The notes under the pieces are model-generated. The model did not search any database. It had not been told where the DNA came from and was given only the letters and a program-made list of their open reading frames with translations. Source: a virus (lineage: Duplodnaviria; Caudoviricetes). Taken from it: a DNA stretch of 41,546 bases. Positions 34,969-41,546 of this stretch are shown in pieces; the first letter of the stretch is position 1; each line of letters opens with the position of its first letter. Position numbers and translations under genes: made by a program. Where the stretch lies: positions 1 through 41,546 of the IMG/VR virus record IMGVR_UViG_3300043683_000015. One strand, written 5' to 3'.

Positions 34969-35915
34969 TGGCAACCGTCGCCCAGCTTGCCGAACGGGTG
35001 CTTCGGCGGCTGGGCGTCGCCATCGTGCCGGTGGCCGACCGGCCGGCGCTCAACACGCGGATTGCGCCGGGCGATATCGCTACCAACGCGCTGATCCAGC
35101 TCGGCGTGATCGCCGTTGACAAGCCGCCGCTCTCGCAAGCGGTGGTGGTCACGACCGACGCCATCGCCACGCTCGCCCTGACCAAGCTCGGGGTCATCGC
35201 GTCCGACGAAACGCCGATCGCGTCGGACATGACGCTGGCGCGCGATGCGGTGGCGGCCGTCCATGCCAACCAGGTCGCACAGGGCCATGCCGATTGGACG
35301 GCAACGGCGATCACCAACGCGGTGTCTGAGGAGTATGCCGGGCTGACCGCGCAGCATCTGGCATCCGCTTTCGGCAAGACTGCCGACCTTCAGGCCGTGG
35401 CGATCATGGAGGCGCGCATTGCCGCGGTGGCGCGCACCAGCCGGGCTTACAACCTGGCGCTGGCCAAGGTGTCCGAGGTCCAGGCGTCATTGATCTCCCA
35501 AGGCGTCATCCCGTGGGACAACCAGGGCATCCCGACTGCGGTCGCCGAGGAATACACCAGGCTGGTTGCCATGTCGCTCGCCGCGTCCTTCGGGCAGCAG
35601 GCCGATCCCAAGATGCTGGCCGTGTGCGAGGCGCGGGTGAAACGGGCAAGCCAGATCATGCGGGCGCCCGAGGACGCGCAGGAGGCCGTCATGTCCGTGC
35701 ATGACGCGCTGGTGGCCCGTGGACTGGCGCGCTGGACCGTGTTCGACATCCCGGCGGCGGCTGAAATGCCCTACGAGCTGCTCGCCGCCAACCGCCTGGC
35801 GCGGCTGTATGAGCAGCCCGCCGATCCTGGCGCCGAGGCGCTCGCAACCCGCCAACTGGCGCAGATCGTGCAACTGGACAGCTCGGGCGAGCGCGTCCGG
35901 GTGGAGTATTTCTAG
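34968..35915 (+). CDS. Head-tail adaptor (P22 gp4-like) with nested triplication
   Basis: MATVAQLAERVLRRLGV start, IP...Y..L.A..LA motif, EYF end; position after head genes. Confidence 0.65.
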   Translation: MATVAQLAERVLRRLGVAIVPVADRPALNTRIAPGDIATNALIQLGVIAVDKPPLSQAVVVTTDAIATLALTKLGVIASDETPIASDMTLARDAVAAVHANQVAQGHADWTATAITNAVSEEYAGLTAQHLASAFGKTADLQAVAIMEARIAAVARTSRAYNLALAKVSEVQASLISQGVIPWDNQGIPTAVAEEYTRLVAMSLAASFGQQADPKMLAVCEARVKRASQIMRAPEDAQEAVMSVHDALVARGLARWTVFDIPAAAEMPYELLAANRLARLYEQPADPGAEALATRQLAQIVQLDSSGERVRVEYF

Positions 35916-37358
35916 GTGGGAGCGGGCGGCTTCGATGACGGGCTGAACTTCGGCGGGGGCACACCCCCGGTTGAGCCGCCGCCAGCGCCGCCATCCACCG
36001 CGACGCCCCCCGTCCATACGCCGGACGATGACCTCGACTTCGCCGGCACCCCGCAGCCGCCGGATGTGCCGCCCGATCCCAACGGGGAGAACTGGCGCGG
36101 GCAGCCGGGGCCAGTCGGTCCGACAGGTCCGCAAGGACCGCCTGGCGCGGATGGCGAGGACGGCGCGGGCGGGGCGGTCGTCCTGCCGACGCCGCCGATC
36201 GCCGATCCCGGCGCGCTGTGGTGGGATAATATCGGCGGCCAGCTTTACGTCCGCTACGATGACGGCAACGGCCCGCCGCAATGGGTGGCGGCATCCAGCA
36301 AGGCTGGCGGCACTTCCATCCCCGAGCCGCCGAATGACGGCACGATATACGGCCGGGGCGGCACAACCTTGGGCTGGGCGGGCGTTCTGCCGCTCGCTGG
36401 CGGAACGCTGACCGGGGATCTGGCGCTCGCCGCCGATCCCGATCAGCCGATGGAAGCGACCACGAAACACTATGTCGATGCCCAGATCGACATGGTCGCC
36501 GGAACCGCTGGCGTCTACGGCCTCTATAACGCCCGCACCAACACCCAGGCGGCGGCCGATCCCGCTCACGGCAACCTGACCTGGAACACGGCCGGGCAAG
36601 CCAACGCCACGCAGATTTACGTCAGCATCATGTCCAGCCGCGGCAATGACGTGTCATCCATCTGGACCGGCATCGTTCCGCCGCAGACGCTCGTGCTCCA
36701 GCGGCAAGACCTCAGTTCGCAGAACCAGGTCTTCACCATCACCGGCGTTACCAGCAACAGCACCTGGATGACGCTGGCAGTAACGCCGGTCACCAATATC
36801 GGCCCGCTATTCTCCAACAACAACGACCTGCTGGTGATCCTGCCGCCGCCGTCCGCCTCGCAATTCCTGCCGCTGACCGGGGGCACCATGACCGGGCCGA
36901 TCGTGCTCGCGGGCAATGCCAGCGCCGCGCTCAATCCGGTGCCATTGCAACAGATGCAGGCGGCGATCTCGGCCATTCCGGCAGGCGGCGTGACCTCATT
37001 CAATACCCGCACAGGCGCGATCACGCTCACCAACGCCGATGTGGTGACGGTGCTGCCGCCCTCCTCCACCGCGCCGGTCATGGATGGCACGGCTGCCATC
37101 GGCAGCATCAATACATGGGCAAAAGCAGATCACATCCACCCGATCGACACATCGCGCTATGCGGCAACCAACCCGGCCGGTTATCAGACCGCGGCACAGG
37201 TTACGGCCGCAATCGATGCCAAGCTGGTCATCGCCGCCACCGCCCCCGCCGTCGTCCATGGCGCGCTGTGGTGGGACAGCACCGGAGGGCAACTCTACAT
37301 CGGATACAATGACGGCAACTCGCTCGCCTGGATCGTCGCATCCAGCACGCCGCGCTAG
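35916..37358 (+). CDS. Tail fibre-like protein with collagen repeat and foldon-like motif
   Basis: GQPGPVGPTGPQGPPGADGEDG; LPLAGGTLTG; ATTKHYVD; VTSFNTRTGAITL; two GALWWD..GGQLY modules. Confidence 0.8.
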   Translation: MGAGGFDDGLNFGGGTPPVEPPPAPPSTATPPVHTPDDDLDFAGTPQPPDVPPDPNGENWRGQPGPVGPTGPQGPPGADGEDGAGGAVVLPTPPIADPGALWWDNIGGQLYVRYDDGNGPPQWVAASSKAGGTSIPEPPNDGTIYGRGGTTLGWAGVLPLAGGTLTGDLALAADPDQPMEATTKHYVDAQIDMVAGTAGVYGLYNARTNTQAAADPAHGNLTWNTAGQANATQIYVSIMSSRGNDVSSIWTGIVPPQTLVLQRQDLSSQNQVFTITGVTSNSTWMTLAVTPVTNIGPLFSNNNDLLVILPPPSASQFLPLTGGTMTGPIVLAGNASAALNPVPLQQMQAAISAIPAGGVTSFNTRTGAITLTNADVVTVLPPSSTAPVMDGTAAIGSINTWAKADHIHPIDTSRYAATNPAGYQTAAQVTAAIDAKLVIAATAPAVVHGALWWDSTGGQLYIGYNDGNSLAWIVASSTPR

Positions 37359-37372
37359 CGGGAGTTCAGATC

Positions 37373-38602
37373 GTGGCCCTCGACTTCCCCGCATCGCCAA
37401 CGCTCAACCAGACCTTTCCAGGGCCGAATGGCGTCACTTGGTCATGGGATGGCGCGAAATGGACCGACGCCGCCGTCAGCGGCAGCCCTCCGGGCGGGGC
37501 AGTCATTGCGGCCACGCCGCCCGCCGTTACCAACGGCTCGCTCTGGTGGGACAGCACCGGCGGACAGTTGTACGTCGGGTTCAACGACGGCAACAGCACG
37601 CAATGGGTCGTGGCCTCCAATATTCCCGGCCTCGCCAACGCCGCCACCAAGGCGGATGTCGCCGGCGCGCTCGCCAATGTCGGGCGCAACCTGATCCACA
37701 ACAGCATGTTCAACATCGCGCAGCGCGGGGCGGGGCCGTTCACGACGGCGAACTGGGCATTGGATCGCTATTTGTTGCAATTCAATGGCGGTTCGGTGTC
37801 GGGAACCCAGTTTGCTCTAAGCGATGCGGATCGTGCGCAAATCGGTGATGAAGCCGCCGTCAACGGCTGGCAGTGCGTGGGTGTCGGCACAGCGGGCGCG
37901 GGCGACTACACACTACCGCTAGAGCAACACCTTGAAAGTATCCGCCGTCTCGCGGGTAAGACGGTTACGGTAAGCTTTTATGCAAAGGCAACAGCGGGGA
38001 CGCCTAAACTTGGCATTGAGTTCCAGCAGGTATTCGGTTCCGGCGGCTCACCTTCAACGGTGGTCAATGGCATCGGTTCGCAAGCATTCACCTTGTCCAC
38101 TACGTGGACCCGTTACACCGCAACTGTGGCGCTACCGAGCGCCAGCGGGAAGACGTTCGGCACGACGGCCGGAACGGATTATACGATGCTCCGGTTCTAT
38201 CAATCAGCAGGTGCAACGCTGAATGCCCAGTCAGGCGGCATAGGCGTGCAGTCATACACGTTGCAACTCTGGGGCGTCCAGTGCGAGGTCGGCAGTCAGG
38301 CCACGCCGCTCGAAAAGTTAGATCCGCGTTATGATCTCGCCAACTGCCAGCGGTTTTACCAAACCGGCTTTGCCGGGGTCTACGGCTATGCCAATGCTGG
38401 GGCAGCCATCGGCAATCTTGGTCAGTTTCCGGTGACGATGCGCGCTAGCCCTACAATGGCAATCGTGACGCCAACTTACGGCAACGCTTCTGCGGCCAAT
38501 ATCGTTGCGTCGGGATTCGGTTCGTATCAGGTGTCTGCCACGGTAACGGCGGCGGGCAACGCCAGCGTCACCCTCAATTACACCGCCAGCGCGGACCTCT
38601 GA
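37373..38602 (+). CDS. Receptor-binding / tail fibre protein A (carbohydrate-binding-like domain)
   Basis: GRNLIHNSMFNIAQRG, DRY, LAGKTVTVSFY, QCEVGSQATPLE, CQRFY. Confidence 0.78.
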   Translation: MALDFPASPTLNQTFPGPNGVTWSWDGAKWTDAAVSGSPPGGAVIAATPPAVTNGSLWWDSTGGQLYVGFNDGNSTQWVVASNIPGLANAATKADVAGALANVGRNLIHNSMFNIAQRGAGPFTTANWALDRYLLQFNGGSVSGTQFALSDADRAQIGDEAAVNGWQCVGVGTAGAGDYTLPLEQHLESIRRLAGKTVTVSFYAKATAGTPKLGIEFQQVFGSGGSPSTVVNGIGSQAFTLSTTWTRYTATVALPSASGKTFGTTAGTDYTMLRFYQSAGATLNAQSGGIGVQSYTLQLWGVQCEVGSQATPLEKLDPRYDLANCQRFYQTGFAGVYGYANAGAAIGNLGQFPVTMRASPTMAIVTPTYGNASAANIVASGFGSYQVSATVTAAGNASVTLNYTASADL

Positions 38603-38604
38603 TC

Positions 38605-39768
38605 ATGCCCCTCGATTTCCCCAACACCCCCGCCCTCAACCAGACCTACACCGGCCCCGGCGGCGTCATCTGGACCTGGGACGGTGCGAAATGGGCGAAC
38701 GGCAGCACCATCACGACAGCCTACGCGCCGCTCGCCAGCCCGGTCTTCACCGGTGATCCGCAGGCGCCGACGCCGCCAGCGGGCGATGCCGATACCAGCC
38801 TCGCCACCACCGCGTTCGTCGCCGCCGCCACCGCCACCGCGCTGCACGATGTCGGGCGCAATACCCTGCACAACTCGATGTTTACGATAGCGCAACGTGG
38901 CACGGGGCCGTTCAGTGCCAGCAACTACACGCTGGACCGCTGGTGGGTAGACATTGCGCTCGATACGTCGAACGTCACGCAAGGACCGTTCAGCGATACC
39001 CAACGCTCGCAGATCGGAGACGAAGCCGCCGAACAGGCATTGATCGTCGGCGTTACCGGAAATGCCGGCGCCGCCGCATTGACCGCCGTGTCGCAACCGA
39101 TAGAAGGCGTGCGGCGACTGGCGGGCAAAACAGTGACCGCGTCGTTCTGGGCCTATGCCACAGCGGGAACGCCCAAGGTCGGCGTCGGCATAATCCAGTC
39201 GTTCGGCACTGGCGGATCGCCCTCCGCGAACGTGACGGTCAATGCGACAGCGGTTACGCTCAGCACGACGGCGACACGCTATAGCGTCACCCTCGCGCTG
39301 CCGTCCGTTGCGGGCAAGACACTCGGCACGAACGGCAATCATTACACACGGCTGATGCTATGGCTGTCATCCGGCGCGAACAACAACACCAGCGCGGGCG
39401 GCATCGGTGTGCAGAGCGCGACCTTCGTGTTCTGGGGCGTGCAGCTTGAGGTCGGCAGTCAGGCCACGCCGCTCGAAAAGCTCGATCCGGTTACCCAGCT
39501 GCAACAGTGCCAGCGGTTTTATCAGACCGGGCCTTTCGTTACCTACGGCTATTCAGGAGCAGCCATAGGTATTGAGGTCGTAATTCCGCTTAGCACACCG
39601 ATGCGTGCATCACCGACCTGCACAACAGCAGGCATGGGATATACCAATGCCAGCGGCGGTTCTTTCGTTGGAAACTATGGCACTCAGGCGATCAAGCTTA
39701 TCGGTTCGGTGACTGGTGCAGGTTCGTATCGCGCCGAAGGCACTTTCACTGCCAGCGCGGACCTCTGA
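38605..39768 (+). CDS. Receptor-binding / tail fibre protein B, paralog of A
   Basis: Same motif order; SPVFTGDPQAPTP...ATTAFV shaft; identical TASADL end. Confidence 0.78.
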   Translation: MPLDFPNTPALNQTYTGPGGVIWTWDGAKWANGSTITTAYAPLASPVFTGDPQAPTPPAGDADTSLATTAFVAAATATALHDVGRNTLHNSMFTIAQRGTGPFSASNYTLDRWWVDIALDTSNVTQGPFSDTQRSQIGDEAAEQALIVGVTGNAGAAALTAVSQPIEGVRRLAGKTVTASFWAYATAGTPKVGVGIIQSFGTGGSPSANVTVNATAVTLSTTATRYSVTLALPSVAGKTLGTNGNHYTRLMLWLSSGANNNTSAGGIGVQSATFVFWGVQLEVGSQATPLEKLDPVTQLQQCQRFYQTGPFVTYGYSGAAIGIEVVIPLSTPMRASPTCTTAGMGYTNASGGSFVGNYGTQAIKLIGSVTGAGSYRAEGTFTASADL

Positions 39769-39783
39769 CCATGGAGACATGAC

Positions 39784-39978
39784 ATGCTCTCCCTCCTCAT
39801 CTACATCTTGATTTTGCTGATCGTCTTCAGCGTCATTTTCTACATCATCAGGCTCTTGCCGCTGGAGCCGCCTTTCGGCGCCGTCGCCCAGGCCGTGGTC
39901 GGGCTGATATTGTTGCTCATACTGATCGACATGCTGCTGGGCGGCCGCTTCATCGGCATTCCGAGGCTGGTGCCGTGA
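39784..39978 (+). CDS. Small two-TM membrane protein (holin candidate)
   Basis: Two long hydrophobic helices split by LPLEPPF; GGAG RBS. Confidence 0.6.
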   Translation: MLSLLIYILILLIVFSVIFYIIRLLPLEPPFGAVAQAVVGLILLLILIDMLLGGRFIGIPRLVP

Positions 39979-40304
39979 GCGCGCATCCGGAAACGTTGAT
40001 ATCCATTAAGCGCGTGGCGGCTGCCCGGCCATTCATCGCGGCTGCGATGAAAGGGGGAGGCTACCTAAATGATGGTATCCGCGCCGCTCTCGCCGCTGCG
40101 GATGCTGCTGCGTGGCGGCTAATCGAAACGGCCCCGAAGGACGGCACGGAAGTTCTGGTGTTCGGGCGTCCGATCAGCGGCGAGCGCGGCTCGATCTGGG
40201 TTGAGCATTACGAGGTTGTGCAGGCGGGCGGCGAAGCGGGATGGCCCATGTCCGTCACTCATTGGATGCCCCTGCCCGCGCCGCCGGGAAAGAAGGCGGC
40301 ATGA
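39975..40304 (+). CDS. DUF551-like protein
   Basis: WRLIETAPKDGTEVL and THWMPLPAPP. Confidence 0.75.
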   Translation: MSAHPETLISIKRVAAARPFIAAAMKGGGYLNDGIRAALAAADAAAWRLIETAPKDGTEVLVFGRPISGERGSIWVEHYEVVQAGGEAGWPMSVTHWMPLPAPPGKKAA

Positions 40305-40324
40305 CCATGAAAGGAACCCACGCC

Positions 40325-41083
40325 ATGCGACCGTCTGTTGTCGTCGGCATGATCGCCAGCGCAGCGATCAGCGCCGCTATCGCGCTCTCGCCGCACCCGG
40401 TTCGCGCCGCGTTGCAGATCGCGGGCACCGTCAACGGCTCGTCGTTCCTGTGCGTCGACAACACTGCCTGCGACAGCGACGGGGCGGTCGGCACGCTGCG
40501 CCTGTCCAATCAGACCCTCGCGGGCGTGGTGGTGGACGGCAGCATCCAGTCGTCCTTCGGCACCCCAGGCAACCCCGGCCCGCTCGATATCCTGAACACG
40601 TCGTCACTGAGCGTCATCAACACGAATGCCGCGACCGTTCAGGCGCTCATCACCGTCTCGGACACCAGCTTCGCCGCGCCCGTGACGCAGGCAACGCTCT
40701 CGGCGAGCGGCACATGGGAAAATGCTGTCGGCTCATCGATTGCCATGAGTTGGTATGCCGACACCGCGAACGGCCAGGGCGCCGACTTCGCGGGCGACAA
40801 CCCCGGCGTGTTGCTCGATACCGCCGTCAGCACCGCGTTCCTGATCGCGGATAGCCTCAGCCATAGCGCCTCCGTGCCGTTCAGCGCCACCGCGCCGTTC
40901 TCGATGTCCGAAACGGCCCTGATAACGCTCACCGCTGGCGGCACGCTGCTCAATCGCGGCCAAACCGCGTTGGCCGCCGTCGAAACACCCGAACCGTCAT
41001 CCCTGTTCATCCTGGGCGGCGGCATAATCGCCCTCGTCCTGGCGCGCACCCGCGCGCTCGGCAAATCACCACTAGGAGCCTGA
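40325..41083 (+). CDS. PEP-CTERM sorting-domain surface protein
   Basis: Signal peptide ending VRA; Ser/Thr/Ala-rich body; TPEPSSLFILGGGIIALVLARTR C-terminus; alternative start 40301. Confidence 0.85.
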   Translation: MRPSVVVGMIASAAISAAIALSPHPVRAALQIAGTVNGSSFLCVDNTACDSDGAVGTLRLSNQTLAGVVVDGSIQSSFGTPGNPGPLDILNTSSLSVINTNAATVQALITVSDTSFAAPVTQATLSASGTWENAVGSSIAMSWYADTANGQGADFAGDNPGVLLDTAVSTAFLIADSLSHSASVPFSATAPFSMSETALITLTAGGTLLNRGQTALAAVETPEPSSLFILGGGIIALVLARTRALGKSPLGA

Positions 41084-41086
41084 ACA

Positions 41087-41546
41087 ATGCCAGGATTTCT
41101 CGCATACATCATTCCGATGGGAGACGGTGCTCCAGGGGTTCCGACCCATCCTTGGGTGCCACCACAGCCGGGAGTGCCTACGCATCCTTGGGTGCCACCG
41201 CAACCGGGCACGCCGACGCATCCCATAGTCATTCCGCCCGACGCGATAGGGCCAGGGGTGCCGAGCCACCCGATCTATCTTCCGCCGCCGGTCCCAACCC
41301 ACCCGATTGTCATTCCGCCTGGGGCCATTGCGCCAGGGGTGCCCACGCACCCGATTGTCATTCCGCCCCCGGCACACCCTAGCCACCCGATAGTCATTCC
41401 GCCGGGCGCCATCGCTCCAGGGGTTCCCAGCCACCCCATCGTGCTGCCGCCTGAGCCGCCGCTGGGCACCTGGGGCGGCGTGGCCCCGCCTTTCGTGGAC
41501 GCTGGGTTCCCGATACCTCCGGGAACGCCCACCCATCCCATCACCC
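41087..41546 (+). CDS. Pro/His-rich repeat protein, N-terminal part (continues to 321)
   Basis: AGGAG RBS; MPGFLAYIIPM then P(T/S)HP repeats; absent from ORF track because its stop lies across the join. Confidence 0.85.
   Translation, partial: MPGFLAYIIPMGDGAPGVPTHPWVPPQPGVPTHPWVPPQPGTPTHPIVIPPDAIGPGVPSHPIYLPPPVPTHPIVIPPGAIAPGVPTHPIVIPPPAHPSHPIVIPPGAIAPGVPSHPIVLPPEPPLGTWGGVAPPFVDAGFPIPPGTPTHPIT
41420..41546 (+). repeat. Terminal direct repeat, right copy
   Basis: Identical to 1-127. Confidence 0.92.

Larger units (their letters stand above)
1..41546. mobile_element. Complete circular temperate phage genome, podovirus-like, probable alphaproteobacterial host
   Basis: Terminal 127-bp exact overlap; packaging, head, tail, integration, immunity and replication modules all present; intact attP. 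Confidence 0.93.

Noticed and set aside
35913-35918. TAG readthrough or recoding (in-frame TAG-GTG here and TAG-ATG at 4504-4509)
   Set aside because: Upstream proteins end at plausible termini, a GGAG RBS precedes 35916, conserved genes are not interrupted by TAG, and there is no suppressor tRNA
37373-39768. Diversity-generating retroelement or shufflon acting on the RBP paralogs
   Set aside because: No reverse transcriptase, no TR/VR pair with adenine-specific mismatches, no invertase or inverted cassettes

Overview
This looks like a complete, circularly assembled, GC-rich temperate tailed phage genome of about 41,419 bp. Bases 1-127 are repeated exactly at 41420-41546, and one Pro-rich ORF runs in frame across the join. 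The architecture is podovirus-like: TerS/TerL, P22-type portal, scaffold, N4-gp56-type major capsid, adaptor, P22 gp10-like nozzle, three ejection proteins, several fibres, and no tape measure or tube gene. Lysogeny uses a tyrosine integrase and xis with an attP carrying the 3' half of tRNA-Gly(GCC). A lambdoid cI/cro switch has five TTGCC-N5-GGCAA operators. GcrA and a GTTC-N7-GTTC box point to an alphaproteobacterial host (inference). Most unusual signals: (1) five covarying hairpins with an invariant GCCGCCG loop plus SD-sequestering pairings in the leader of the TTG-started capsid gene; (2) a PEP-CTERM protein and a P(T/S)HP-repeat protein where lysis genes would be expected, with no recognisable endolysin; (3) a nested, triplicated head-tail adaptor; (4) an AspH-like oxygenase and a cupin inside the tail operon; (5) a low-GC MTase/P63C cassette in the immunity region; (6) a LexA-type box in attP together with a repressor lacking a self-cleavage domain. 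All calls come from reading motifs by eye; no database search was run.
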